DNA of 64,000 nt from Verrucomicrobiota bacterium (GTDB lineage: Bacteria > Verrucomicrobiota > Verrucomicrobiia > Limisphaerales > AAA164-E04). The stretch is taken from contig JAQWLM010000107.1 of assembly GCA_029247315.1 (NCBI GenBank), positions 7,459 to 71,458 on the forward strand, in the 5' to 3' direction. The notes under the pieces are model-generated. The model did not search any database and was not told where the DNA came from. It saw nothing but the letters and a program-made list of their open reading frames with translations. Of this stretch, positions 1 through 10,241 are shown piece by piece (position 1 is the first letter of the stretch; each line of letters opens with the position of its first letter). A program made the translations under genes and the position numbers.

Positions 1-94
1 TTTGAGTTCATCAATACTCGTAGAATAAGGATGAGAACGATACGGAAAATCGAACGGCAAACATGACTTATTGCACTTCCATTGAGACTGGATC

Positions 95-2725
95 ATGACC
101 CTTAAATCGGCCATCATTTTATCAAGTCTTTTGGTTTTGCCCGTCTCACTGGAAGGTGATGGGGTTGAGATCTATCTCCAACAAATCAAACCGGTCCTCA
201 AGGCAAGGTGTTTCGCCTGTCATGGGGCACTGAAACAAAAGGCGAAACTGAGACTTGATACGGCTGAAGCTATCCAGGCTGGCGGCAACACCGGTCCGGT
301 CATTAACCTCATTTCCCCCGGGAAGAGTCTTATCCTTGAAAGATTGAGTCACGAGGTGCCATCAGAACGCATGCCTCCGGAAGGAAAACCCCTTCATCCT
401 GGAGTGTTGCGGGCGATCGAGCAATGGATTCAAGCAGGAGCACCCAAACCCAGAGGCGAGACCCCCGAAGAGGATCCTCGAAATCACTGGGCTTTCGTAC
501 CACCCCGAAAACCCCTGATACCAACCATGGGCAAACACCCCATCGATGCCCTCCTGGAACGACAACACGGCTTACTTGGCATGCAACCGCAGGGCCAGGC
601 GGATCCTAAGTTGCTCATGCGCCGTCTTTTTCTTGACCTGGTGGGCCTTCCTCCCCTGCCTGAACAGACACGAATGTTCGCCGAACAAGCTTCCCCTCAA
701 AACTACGATCAAATCGTTCAACGTCTGCTCGCCTCACCTCAATACGGGGAACGCTGGGGGCGCCACTGGATGGATGTTTGGCGTTACACGGACTGGTTTG
801 GACTTGGAAACCAATTGCGCTACAGCCAGAAACATATCTGGCATTGGAGAGATTGGATCCTTGATTCCTTAAACCAGGATAAGGGCTATGATCAGATGAT
901 ACTTGAGATGCTAGCTGCGGATGAGTCTTATCCTTTGGATCAAGCGCGTCTTCGAGCCACCGGTTTTCTCGCTAGAAACTATTTCCTCTTCAACCGCACA
1001 ACGTGGCTGGATAAAACCATTGAGCATACCTCCAAGGCCTTCCTGGGACTGACCATGCAATGCAGTAAATGCCATGATCACAAGTATGACCCCATCAGCA
1101 TGAAGGACTATTATCAGTTCCGCGCCATTTTCGAACCTCACCAAATCAGGACGGACATGTTACCTGGAGAAAACAACCTTGAGCATGACGGCTTGCCACG
1201 AGCCTTTGACATGCACCCAGAAGCAGCAACCTACATCCACTCAAGGGGCAATGAAAAGACGCCTGACCGATCCCATCCCGTTCCACCAGCTCCTCCTTCC
1301 TTCCTGAAAAATCTAACGTTCCAGGTAAAGTCGGTTCGACTGCCCCTTGCTGCCTATCGCCCTGAACTTTCACCCCATGTCAAAACCACCTTGATTCAGG
1401 ATGCGCAGGGCAAGATACGGCTTCTATCCAAAAGGCTCGAAATCCTCGGCGACGATCCCAGACACGATCCACTCGAACTCCAGGAAATGCGCCTGCAACT
1501 CCGTGCAGCGCGCCTGCAGCTTCCATATATCAAGGCCTCTCTCACGGCAAGCAGACGCCTGGCAATCGAGCATCCCAGTGAACTAACGGAAACACTGATC
1601 CTGCAGGCGGCAGAAAGCGCCTTTGCATACGAGAAAGCCACCTTGGAATGGAAAAGCCTGCAGGCCGAACATGCCCTCTCAAAAGCCTCACAGGACAAGA
1701 AAGGTATGTTGGAGCAGGATTTCAAGCGTATTAAAAAAAGCATATCTGACCTGGAGAAAGCCTTTGAATCATCCCCAAAAAAATTCACTCCGGTGCGCGC
1801 TTCGATCAAGGCATTGGAATCCCCTGCTGAACTTCCCCATGATCGTCATCAGCCCTATCCAAGCCACTCCTCAGGGCGTCGCCTGGCACTGGCGCGTTGG
1901 ATCACTCAAACACAGAACCCGTTGACTGCTCGAGTGGCTATCAACCACATTTGGAAACGTCATTTTGGAACGCCTCTGGTCGCACCCTTGACTGACTTCG
2001 GAAGACGCACCCCCGCCCCAGCACTCCAGGAGGTAATGGATTACCTTGCCGTGGTTTTAATGGAAAACCATTGGCGTATGAAACCCATCCATCGGTTGAT
2101 AGTCACCAGCAAGGCCTATCAACGCACCAGTACGTCAAAAAACGCGATGGCGTCAAATCTGCGGCATGATCCCGAAAACAAGCTTCTTTGGAGGCAAAAC
2201 CCAGTCCGTATGGAGTCCCAACTGATACGGGACAGCTTGCTTCATCTTTCAAAGCAGATCAATACCCGCATGGGAGGTGCCAGTATCTCCACCTCCCTGC
2301 CCGACTTGAACCATCGTCGAAGTATTTATTTCAAACACTCTCGTGATGATTTTCACCCATTTTTAAAACTTTTTGATGATGCCTCAATCATCGCATGTTA
2401 CCAGCGCCAGGAAAGCATCATTCCTCAGCAAGCCCTGGCCATGGCCAACAGTCAACTGGCCATGGATACTGCAGCACAAATTGTCCATGTCATTGAATCC
2501 GCATTTCCAAGCCCAAACCAAACCAATACACTTTTCATTCAAGAGGCATTCGAACACGTTCTCTGCTGGAAACCTTCTCAGGCGGAAATGGAAACTTCAC
2601 TGCAATTCCTCCACGAGCGCACACACGACAAGCCGCCAGGTCAGGCCCCAGGTAATGGACTCTCCCCACGCGCATGCCTGGTTCACGCACTGCTCAATCA
2701 CAATGACTTCATTACCATCCGGTGA
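95..2725 (+). CDS. PSD1 (DUF1553) / PSCyt2 (DUF1549) / planctomycete cytochrome c domain protein
   Basis: Signal peptide; N-terminal PSCyt1 domain (CFACHG...LRLD...MPP...WIQAGA); HWAF, YGERWGRHWMDVWRY, CSKCHDHKYDP; C-terminal RLALARWIT..NPLTARVAINHIW (DUF1553). Confidence 0.92.
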   Translation: MTLKSAIILSSLLVLPVSLEGDGVEIYLQQIKPVLKARCFACHGALKQKAKLRLDTAEAIQAGGNTGPVINLISPGKSLILERLSHEVPSERMPPEGKPLHPGVLRAIEQWIQAGAPKPRGETPEEDPRNHWAFVPPRKPLIPTMGKHPIDALLERQHGLLGMQPQGQADPKLLMRRLFLDLVGLPPLPEQTRMFAEQASPQNYDQIVQRLLASPQYGERWGRHWMDVWRYTDWFGLGNQLRYSQKHIWHWRDWILDSLNQDKGYDQMILEMLAADESYPLDQARLRATGFLARNYFLFNRTTWLDKTIEHTSKAFLGLTMQCSKCHDHKYDPISMKDYYQFRAIFEPHQIRTDMLPGENNLEHDGLPRAFDMHPEAATYIHSRGNEKTPDRSHPVPPAPPSFLKNLTFQVKSVRLPLAAYRPELSPHVKTTLIQDAQGKIRLLSKRLEILGDDPRHDPLELQEMRLQLRAARLQLPYIKASLTASRRLAIEHPSELTETLILQAAESAFAYEKATLEWKSLQAEHALSKASQDKKGMLEQDFKRIKKSISDLEKAFESSPKKFTPVRASIKALESPAELPHDRHQPYPSHSSGRRLALARWITQTQNPLTARVAINHIWKRHFGTPLVAPLTDFGRRTPAPALQEVMDYLAVVLMENHWRMKPIHRLIVTSKAYQRTSTSKNAMASNLRHDPENKLLWRQNPVRMESQLIRDSLLHLSKQINTRMGGASISTSLPDLNHRRSIYFKHSRDDFHPFLKLFDDASIIACYQRQESIIPQQALAMANSQLAMDTAAQIVHVIESAFPSPNQTNTLFIQEAFEHVLCWKPSQAEMETSLQFLHERTHDKPPGQAPGNGLSPRACLVHALLNHNDFITIR

Positions 2726-2728
2726 AAC

Positions 2729-4192
2729 ATGCACATGACAACACGCAGTCCCATAAAGATGATGGACCCCGTTAAGTTTGATCGACGCCAGTTCATCTCA
2801 AAATCGGCGCTCGGCTTCGGAAGCATTGCATTGCAGTCCCTTCTTTGCCAGGAGGCCCATGCCAAGCCGGGTGCTGGTTTTGGACTACCCCACCTGCCAG
2901 CCAAGGCCAAAAATGTCATATGGCTATTCATGCGAGGTGGTGTCAGCCATATGGAAAGTTTTGATCCCAAGCCACATCTGAACCGATACGCAGGAAAAAC
3001 CATCTCAGAGACCCCGTTTCATGAGGTTCAAGCCTCTGAAAGGCTGAAAAAAGTTAGGGTGGTCGTGGTTAACGATGCCAATGGGCAGCAGCGCAATAAA
3101 CTCTTCCCGCTTCAAACCGGATTCAGACACTACGGACAATCGGGTCTTTCCATCAGTGACTGGTTTCCACAGATCGGATCATGCGTCGATGACATTGCGG
3201 TGCTTCGCTCCATGTGGACGACGGACGACAACCATGGTGCACAGGTGCAGTTTCATTCTGGTAGACATATGTTGGATGGCCGTTTCCCAACCATCGGTGC
3301 ATGGGTTACTTACGGACTCGGATCGCTGAATGAAAATTTACCCCAGTTTATCAGCATGGGGCCTAGATATTTTGACATGCGCGATGGGCATTACCTGGGT
3401 CCCGCATACGATGCTGTCCCATTAAAGGTCGATCCGGAGTCCCCCTTGGATTTTGCCAAGCCCTCACGACCACTGCCAAGGCCCGTTCAGCGCGCAACAT
3501 TTGATCTCATCGAACGTTTCAATCGCCTTCGTTCCCAGGTTTTTCCAGAGGATGCGGCATTGGAAGCCCGTATCCAATCCTACGAACTAGCTTTTCGCAT
3601 GCAGTCTTCCGTTCCGGACATTCTTCATTTTCAGCATGAACCTTCGCATATCCGCACCATGTATGGATTGGATCATGAGATGACCCAACCGTTTGGAAGG
3701 CAGTTATTGACCGCTCGCCGACTCGTTGAGAAAGGTGTGCGTTTCATACAGATCATGCATGGTGACGGTGCCGCCGGAGCTTGGGATGCGCACAGCAATT
3801 TAAAGGACAACCATGCGAAACTATCGGCACAGGTAGACCAACCCATCGCAGGTTTGCTCAAGGACTTGAAGCAGCGCGGAATGTTGGATGAAACCATGGT
3901 CGTCTTTGCGACCGAGTTTGGACGCACACCTGGATCTCAAAACAACGATGGCAGGGATCACCACCCTTTTGGCTTCTCTGTCTGGATGGCTGGCGGGGGT
4001 ATCAAGGGAGGCATGGCTCACGGAGCGACCGACGAAATTGGTTTTCATGCGGATCAGCAACCGCACTACGTCACCGATGTACACGCCACCTTGCTCCATC
4101 AGCTTGGTCTTCACTCGCATCGGATGGAAATTCCGCAACACAAGCGCCTGGAGGCAGACTTTGGGCATGTAATCCATGATATTCTTGCCTGA
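2729..4192 (+). CDS. DUF1501 family protein (sulfatase-like fold, Tat-exported)
   Basis: Tat-like DRRQFI; [24 protein letters not shown]; SYELAFRMQ; EFGRTP and GRDHHP motifs; usual partner of PSD1 genes, 3 bp downstream. Confidence 0.92.
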   Translation: MHMTTRSPIKMMDPVKFDRRQFISKSALGFGSIALQSLLCQEAHAKPGAGFGLPHLPAKAKNVIWLFMRGGVSHMESFDPKPHLNRYAGKTISETPFHEVQASERLKKVRVVVVNDANGQQRNKLFPLQTGFRHYGQSGLSISDWFPQIGSCVDDIAVLRSMWTTDDNHGAQVQFHSGRHMLDGRFPTIGAWVTYGLGSLNENLPQFISMGPRYFDMRDGHYLGPAYDAVPLKVDPESPLDFAKPSRPLPRPVQRATFDLIERFNRLRSQVFPEDAALEARIQSYELAFRMQSSVPDILHFQHEPSHIRTMYGLDHEMTQPFGRQLLTARRLVEKGVRFIQIMHGDGAAGAWDAHSNLKDNHAKLSAQVDQPIAGLLKDLKQRGMLDETMVVFATEFGRTPGSQNNDGRDHHPFGFSVWMAGGGIKGGMAHGATDEIGFHADQQPHYVTDVHATLLHQLGLHSHRMEIPQHKRLEADFGHVIHDILA

Positions 4193-4208
4193 GACCTTGC
4201 ATTGAAAC

Positions 4209-5690
4209 ATGAGAAGCCGCATTCAAGCCCATGGCTCCGTCATTCCAGTGGAGCAGTTATTGGATACACTCTCCGGTGTTCCCGGTCTCATCCTCCTGCA
4301 TTCCTCGCTTGATGGGCATCCGGAGTCCCGCTACTCCTTTCTGAGCGCTTTTCCAATGGTCACATTCCGTTCCTTTGGCACGGACTGCCATGTGCACTAT
4401 CCATCCTCGGGTCGAGGTCATACCCTTTATGGAAATCCCTGGCGGATCATGGACAGGCTTCTCCAGCCCTTTGAAGTTCTGGAGGAACTCGACAGCCCTT
4501 TCCCACTGGGAGGGTGTTTTGGGTATTGGGGATATGATCTGAAGCATTTTGTTGAACCTAAATTGGAACGCACTGCATTCAGAAAAAGTCCCTTGCCTGA
4601 TGCCTGTGTCGGGCTTTATCCCAGTCTTGTTGTCCTGGATCATCTCGAGAACAAAACCTGGATCGTGGCTACGGGTTTTCATCCAGATGGTAACTGGGCC
4701 GAATCCGAAGCCGTCAGGCAGATAGACAGGTGGAAGGGTATTCTCGATCGCGCTGCCTCAGTAACTGCCCGGGATATGCCATATCCCGCAGGAAGTGCAT
4801 TGCCTGAATGGCATGCCCATCCCAGCAGGGACTATTACCTTGAAGGCGTTCGGCAGGCACAGGGATGGATTGCCCAAGGCGATATTTACCAAGTAAATCT
4901 TTCGCGAGAATTGAGTTTCACGCACGCCCATACCCCCGTGGGTGCTTACCTCCAGCTACAGGCGATGTCACCCGCTCCTTTCTCCGCATATATGGATGGT
5001 GGAGAATTTCAGATCCTGGGAGCGTCCCCAGAGTCCTTTCTTAAAATGGACGGTCGCCATGTAGTGACACGTCCAATCAAGGGGACACGACCCCGTGGAA
5101 GGGATGCTCAGGAAGATGCACGCCTGGCATATGAACTTCAATCAAGCCAGAAGGAACGATCGGAATTGTTAATGATCACCGACCTGCTGCGCAATGACCT
5201 GGGTAGAGTTTGCGAATATGGGAGTGTTTCCACACCTGAACTCATGCGATTGGAAAGGTTTCCACAAGTGCATCATCTGGTTTCCACTGTAGAGGGCACC
5301 TTGAGAAAGGAATTTTCCCACCTGCAGGCCCTGCACCATTGTTTTCCCGGAGGCAGCATTACCGGTGCCCCTAAATTTCGAGCCATGGAAATCATCGAAA
5401 GCCTCGAGCCTATCACAAGAGGACCCTACACTGGGAGTATGGGATATCTCGGATTCAACCGCTCAAGTCGTCTGAATATCACGATTCGCACCGCTGTTAA
5501 ACAAGGAAATCAACTTTCGCTTCACGTTGGAGCTGGCATTGTTTCAGATTCTGATCCGGAAGCTGAATTTACCGAGACAGAGCATAAGGCGGCAGGTTTT
5601 CTTGCCGCTTTTGCATCGGAGACAGTTACCAATAAACATCCCGCCCCAGGTTGCGGGAATTCTACCGAAACTCAATCCAAGCATTCGTAA
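4209..5690 (+). CDS. pabB: Aminodeoxychorismate synthase component I (chorismate-binding, PabB/TrpE family)
   Basis: GDIYQVNLS, SPAPFSAY, SPESF, TRPIKGTRPRG, DLLRNDLGRV, FPGGSITGAPKFRAMEII. The PIKGT and SITG variants favour PabB over TrpE. Confidence 0.85.
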   Translation: MRSRIQAHGSVIPVEQLLDTLSGVPGLILLHSSLDGHPESRYSFLSAFPMVTFRSFGTDCHVHYPSSGRGHTLYGNPWRIMDRLLQPFEVLEELDSPFPLGGCFGYWGYDLKHFVEPKLERTAFRKSPLPDACVGLYPSLVVLDHLENKTWIVATGFHPDGNWAESEAVRQIDRWKGILDRAASVTARDMPYPAGSALPEWHAHPSRDYYLEGVRQAQGWIAQGDIYQVNLSRELSFTHAHTPVGAYLQLQAMSPAPFSAYMDGGEFQILGASPESFLKMDGRHVVTRPIKGTRPRGRDAQEDARLAYELQSSQKERSELLMITDLLRNDLGRVCEYGSVSTPELMRLERFPQVHHLVSTVEGTLRKEFSHLQALHHCFPGGSITGAPKFRAMEIIESLEPITRGPYTGSMGYLGFNRSSRLNITIRTAVKQGNQLSLHVGAGIVSDSDPEAEFTETEHKAAGFLAAFASETVTNKHPAPGCGNSTETQSKHS

Positions 5691-5696
5691 TCTAAC

Positions 5697-6869
5697 TTGT
5701 ACAATCACGATATCATGCACTCATCTGCCCTACTATTGGCCGGGATACCGAGCATACAGAAAAACCTTTACCACCGGATTCGCTTTTCCATTGGAGATCC
5801 AGCGGGATGGATCCAGTGGACGGATGTGAATGACCAGACCCAATCGATGCTTATCTGCCGTGATATCGAGATGCAACGGGCCAGGAAGGATGCACACGTT
5901 GATTTTGTCAATTGTCCGGCTGACTTCCCCCCAAAAGAAGGACTCTCAGGGGATCGAGAAACGGCCACGGCACAAGCTATCGCCGAGTGCATGTGTCGCC
6001 ATGATATCGATAGAGTACGCTCAGATCGAAGCTTGTCTTTGATCTATGTTGAAGCCCTGAAATCAGCCGGGATTCAAGTCGAATACGACCCCGAGATGGG
6101 GGTGATCGAACGGCGTAAAAAATCCAGCAAGGAAATACAGGCACTCAAAGAGGCCCAAAGCGCAACCGAGGCGGTCATGCTTAAGGCCTGTCGCATGGTC
6201 TGTGCTTCCACGCCAGATAAGGAGGGAATCCTCCAGACAAACGGAGAACCACTGACCTCCGAGTATCTCCGACGCTGCATCGATCACTGGTTGCTTGATC
6301 TGGGCTATTCCAACCCTGGGAGTATTGTTGCCTGTGGACCTCAAGCAGCGGATTGCCATGCCCTGGGCACGGGCCCACTGATAACGGAATCGCCGGTGAT
6401 TATCGATATTTTCCCCTGCAACCAGTCCAACCATTATCACGGGGACTGTACTCGCACGGCTGTTCATGGGAGTCCTTCCCCTATCGTGGAGAAAGCCTAT
6501 AACACGGTTGTTCAGGCAAAGCAGGCGGCCATCAAGGCAACAAAGGCCGGTGAGACAGGGGAATCTGTTCACCGGGAAACGCTGCGTGTTATCGAGTCAT
6601 CTGGTTTTTCATACGGCCTTGCAGACGCCCATGACTCCTGTGACAAGCCCTCGATGCCCCACGGCACCGGGCATGGTATCGGGTTGGAAGTACATGAACC
6701 ACCTTTGCTTGATTTTAAAGGACCGAAACTGTTGGCGGGTGATGTGATCACCATCGAGCCAGGCTTGTATTGCCATCTATGGGGAGGAGTCCGCAGCGAG
6801 GACATGGTTGCCGTGATGGATCATGGATGTGAGTCTCTCAACACACTGCCCGACACACTGGACTGGTAG
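5697..6869 (+). CDS. Xaa-Pro aminopeptidase / M24 family metallopeptidase
   Basis: IIDIFP..YHGDCTRT, HGTGHGIGLEVHEPP, TIEPGLY, GGVRSED metal-ligand motifs. Start may be the ATG at 5715. Confidence 0.9.
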   Translation: MYNHDIMHSSALLLAGIPSIQKNLYHRIRFSIGDPAGWIQWTDVNDQTQSMLICRDIEMQRARKDAHVDFVNCPADFPPKEGLSGDRETATAQAIAECMCRHDIDRVRSDRSLSLIYVEALKSAGIQVEYDPEMGVIERRKKSSKEIQALKEAQSATEAVMLKACRMVCASTPDKEGILQTNGEPLTSEYLRRCIDHWLLDLGYSNPGSIVACGPQAADCHALGTGPLITESPVIIDIFPCNQSNHYHGDCTRTAVHGSPSPIVEKAYNTVVQAKQAAIKATKAGETGESVHRETLRVIESSGFSYGLADAHDSCDKPSMPHGTGHGIGLEVHEPPLLDFKGPKLLAGDVITIEPGLYCHLWGGVRSEDMVAVMDHGCESLNTLPDTLDW

Positions 6870-6942
6870 TCAAAAGACTCAGGGGCTTCCATGATTCTTA
6901 GCATTGTAAGGTATCTGCCAGCTTGTTTAGTATGGGGGGCCG

Positions 6943-7911
6943 ATGAGTAAGCAAACAGTCGTGCTGGACGGGTATACCCTGAATCCGGGGGATCTAAGCT
7001 GGGATCCCCTTGAACAACTGGTTGGAAAATGTGAAATTCATGATCGCACCCCCACCGAGGACGTTGTGGATCGTGCCAGAAAAGCAGAGATTCTGCTCAC
7101 GAACAAGACTCCCTTGCCAGTAGAGGCATTGAAGAACCTTCCTGACCTGAAATATGTTGGAGTCTTGGCCACGGGTTTCAACATTGTCGATGTGATGACA
7201 GCCAGCACTCTCGGAATCACCGTCACCAATATTCCCAACTACGGAACCAAGTCAGTGGCACAGATGACCATGGCCCTCCTGCTGGAACTGGCGCAAAGGG
7301 TTGGGAGCCATTCAGAGTCCGTCAAGGGAGGGGATTGGATCCGATGCCCTGACTTTTGCTACTGGCAACACCCTTTACTGGAACTCGATGGACTTTGCAT
7401 GGGCATCGTTGGCTATGGCCGCATTGGTCAGGAAGTTGCCAACATGGCACGTTCTTTCGGCATGCGCATCGTTGCCGTCCAACGAGATTCAACGGATGCA
7501 TCCAAACATCCAGGGGTTACCTTTGCTTCCCTTGATGAGGTCATACGGGAGGCAGACGTGCTCAGCCTGCATTGCCCATTGACCACTGAAACCCAGTTTC
7601 TCATGAATGGCTCACGGTTGGCCGCCATGAAATCCACCGCGCTCCTGATCAATACGAGTCGCGGGCCACTGGTCGATGAACGGGCATTGGCGGATGCCCT
7701 CATGGCAGGTGAAATTGCAGGGGCAGGCATCGATGTTGTCGAGTTGGAACCTCCAAAGTCCGAAAGTCTGCTTTACCAGGCCCCCAACTGCTACATCACT
7801 CCCCATATTGCCTGGGCCACCAAGGCAGCTCGCTCAAGGCTACTGCACACAGCGGTGGAAAATATCAGGGGTTATCTTGATGGAAACCCACAAAACGTGG
7901 TCAACCCCTGA
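6943..7911 (+). CDS. D-2-hydroxyacid dehydrogenase (glycerate dehydrogenase / hydroxypyruvate reductase-like)
   Basis: VLDGYTLNPGDLSW, GIVGYGRIG Rossmann motif, SLHCPLT, INTSRG, TPHIAWAT. Confidence 0.9.
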   Translation: MSKQTVVLDGYTLNPGDLSWDPLEQLVGKCEIHDRTPTEDVVDRARKAEILLTNKTPLPVEALKNLPDLKYVGVLATGFNIVDVMTASTLGITVTNIPNYGTKSVAQMTMALLLELAQRVGSHSESVKGGDWIRCPDFCYWQHPLLELDGLCMGIVGYGRIGQEVANMARSFGMRIVAVQRDSTDASKHPGVTFASLDEVIREADVLSLHCPLTTETQFLMNGSRLAAMKSTALLINTSRGPLVDERALADALMAGEIAGAGIDVVELEPPKSESLLYQAPNCYITPHIAWATKAARSRLLHTAVENIRGYLDGNPQNVVNP

Positions 7912-7973
7912 GGGCAGGGCATCCTGTTTTGTTCAGTTTGCATCATTTGTAGAACAACAGACGTGAGGATTGA

Positions 7974-9383
7974 TCAGGACTTTGGGTCGCTTGCCTGAAA
8001 TGAGGCCGTGAACTTGGATCCTTTTCCTGGATCGCTGCTTACCTCGACGCTGCCACCGTGTGCCTCCACAATGGCTTTCACAAGACTCAAGCCAAGTCCC
8101 AGGCCCCGCTGGGAACGACTCTTGTCGGCACGGTAAAGTCGGTCCCAGATACGCTGAAGGTCCTCTTTGGCAATACCAACACCGTTGTCTTCCATTTGAA
8201 GGACTACCAGGGGATGCATGAATCTGATCGACGCATGCACAGTTCCCCCGCTGGGTGTGTATTTCAAGGCATTGTCCAGAAGGTTGGCGCATACCAACCT
8301 TACACGTTGAGGATCAACCATGGCATGCGCATCCGCCGCCGAGCTGACACGAACAACAATTCCTTTTTCCTCCGCAATATGCTCATAAAGGTCAATGGTT
8401 TCTTGCAAGACCTGATGGAGATCTACGGATTCAAAGCTGAGTTTCATGACCCCTGCTTCCGCCTCCGCCACAGACATGAGGGTTGCAAGTATGGTCAGCA
8501 CGCGATCTGACTCTTCCATACAATCCGCCAGCGCTTCGTTGGCCTTATTGATATCAGCAGGCTCCTGCTGCAAACCAGTTTCGGCTGCCATTTGGAGACG
8601 AGTCAAAGGGGTTCTAAGATCGTGCGCCACGTTGTCAAGGGACTCCCTCATGGATCCAATCAGTCGCTGGTTCTTTGCGAGCATCCTGTTGAACAGTCGA
8701 GCCAGGTCCGTCAGTTCATCTTCTGTAGGAGGGAGGTCGACACGCTGATCGAGCCTGCCAGTGCCAATAATTTCCTCCACTGCGGAACGAATCTGCCGCA
8801 CAGGTTTCATACTACGCCAAGCAAGGAAACCTCCACCTACAAACCCCAGCAGGAGCACCGGTAGCATGGCACCAACAAAGACACTTCGAAAGGGTTGCAA
8901 CCACGTTTCCCGGTTATCCATGCGTTTACCAACCAAAATGATATTTCCGTTCGATAGCTGAGAATTGAGGAGTAACAGATCGCGTTCCTCGGTCTCTGGA
9001 ATCGTGAGGTAATTTCGACCTTTGAGAACAACAGAACCCCATCGATAGGCATCAAACTCAATCCAATTCTCTGAGGCTTCCAGGAAAACCTCTTGATCTG
9101 CGGGCGTGGTAATGCGAACAAAGAAGGACTTTAATTCTCCGGTGGCTTTACGCTCATTGAGCCACCTTCTCAAAGCCATACCTCCTCCGTCCCGATAAAT
9201 ACGTGAATAATCCCGAGTCTGGTGTCGTAAGGTTTGCAGATCCTTCTGCAGTACGGCGTTTGCCAGCATAAGGTAAACCAGATAAAAAAGTGCGGCACCG
9301 CTCAGCGTAAAGATGCCGGCATACCAGAGGTTGAGCTGAAAGCCAAACGTCCTGAAATACTGCCTAATCGGGTCTAAGGACAT
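7974..9383 (-). CDS. HAMP-domain sensor histidine kinase (CusS/CpxA-like)
   Basis: Two TM segments, HAMP, H-box AHDLRTPLTRL, NLLDNALKY, DNGVG, GLGLGLS; overlaps the end of the upstream response regulator. Confidence 0.92.
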   Translation of the reverse strand: MSLDPIRQYFRTFGFQLNLWYAGIFTLSGAALFYLVYLMLANAVLQKDLQTLRHQTRDYSRIYRDGGGMALRRWLNERKATGELKSFFVRITTPADQEVFLEASENWIEFDAYRWGSVVLKGRNYLTIPETEERDLLLLNSQLSNGNIILVGKRMDNRETWLQPFRSVFVGAMLPVLLLGFVGGGFLAWRSMKPVRQIRSAVEEIIGTGRLDQRVDLPPTEDELTDLARLFNRMLAKNQRLIGSMRESLDNVAHDLRTPLTRLQMAAETGLQQEPADINKANEALADCMEESDRVLTILATLMSVAEAEAGVMKLSFESVDLHQVLQETIDLYEHIAEEKGIVVRVSSAADAHAMVDPQRVRLVCANLLDNALKYTPSGGTVHASIRFMHPLVVLQMEDNGVGIAKEDLQRIWDRLYRADKSRSQRGLGLGLSLVKAIVEAHGGSVEVSSDPGKGSKFTASFQASDPKS

Positions 9384-10032
9384 AACCAACCCCCCGAATG
9401 GTGTGAATCCGTGTTTTGTCCGGATCTACTTTATTGCGCAACCTGGAGACAAGGACATCCACGACGTTGGTTTGTGGGTCGAAGTGGTAGTTCCATATGT
9501 GCTCAAGGATCATGGTCTTGGTGACGACACGTCCACTCTGACGAAGAAAATACTCCAGCAGGGCAAACTCTTTGGGCTGGAGTTCAACACTTTGGTTTCC
9601 TCGATGCACCTCACGAGAGAGGAGATCCATTCTGAGGTCCCCAGATTCCAGGTGGGTGGGCTCGGCTGTCTGGTTGGATCTTCGGATCAGGGCCTGTAGT
9701 CTGGCAAGCAACTCACTGAACGAAAAAGGTTTACTCAGGTAATCATCGCCCCCAGCACGCAGCCCCTCAATACGGTCGTCAACAGAAGCCTTGGCGCTAA
9801 GTATGAGAACTGGAACCTGTACACCACCCTTGCGCAAGGTTCGGATTATTTCAAGGCCATCCATTCCAGGAAGCATACGATCAAAAATGGCGGCATCAAA
9901 CGGAAAGGTCTGTGCCATCACCAAGCCCTCCTCACCATCGGAGCATACATCAACCGCGTAGCCGCTTTGTGTTAGTCCCATATCAAGAAAAGAGGCTATC
10001 TTTGTATCGTCTTCAACAATCAGGATGCGCAT
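9364..10032 (-). CDS. OmpR-family response regulator (CusR/CopR-like)
   Basis: MRILIVEDD, DRMLPGMDG, DDYLSKPF; winged helix WNYHFDPQTNVVDVLVSRLRNKVD..IHTIRGVGY. Confidence 0.93.
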   Translation of the reverse strand: MRILIVEDDTKIASFLDMGLTQSGYAVDVCSDGEEGLVMAQTFPFDAAIFDRMLPGMDGLEIIRTLRKGGVQVPVLILSAKASVDDRIEGLRAGGDDYLSKPFSFSELLARLQALIRRSNQTAEPTHLESGDLRMDLLSREVHRGNQSVELQPKEFALLEYFLRQSGRVVTKTMILEHIWNYHFDPQTNVVDVLVSRLRNKVDPDKTRIHTIRGVGYVLRPD

Positions 10033-10189
10033 ATCGTGTAGACAAGTTCATGCTGCGAGAAACAGCTGGAATCAAGCTAGCATGGGGACGAAGAAGCCGT
10101 CCATTCATTTGAATACCACCTGCAATCAAGGACTTCTATGTCCGTAGCCATATAGTATCTTCGAACCACATCAGTGGCAGGGTGTGAAC

Positions 10190-10234
10190 GAAAAAAGACT
10201 GACAGACGCAGACGGCTCAGACCGTCTGCGTCTG
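10190..10234 (-). terminator. Rho-independent terminator downstream of degP
   Basis: Perfect 13-bp stem CAGACGCAGACGG (10203-10215) / CCGTCTGCGTCTG (10222-10234) with a 6-nt loop, followed on the minus strand by TCAGTCTTTTTT; 7 bp after the degP stop. Confidence 0.8.
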
Positions 10235-10241
10235 CCAATTT

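Noticed and set aside
7912-7930. Possible terminator after the hydroxyacid dehydrogenase
   Set aside because: Only a 4-bp Watson-Crick stem; too weak to call.
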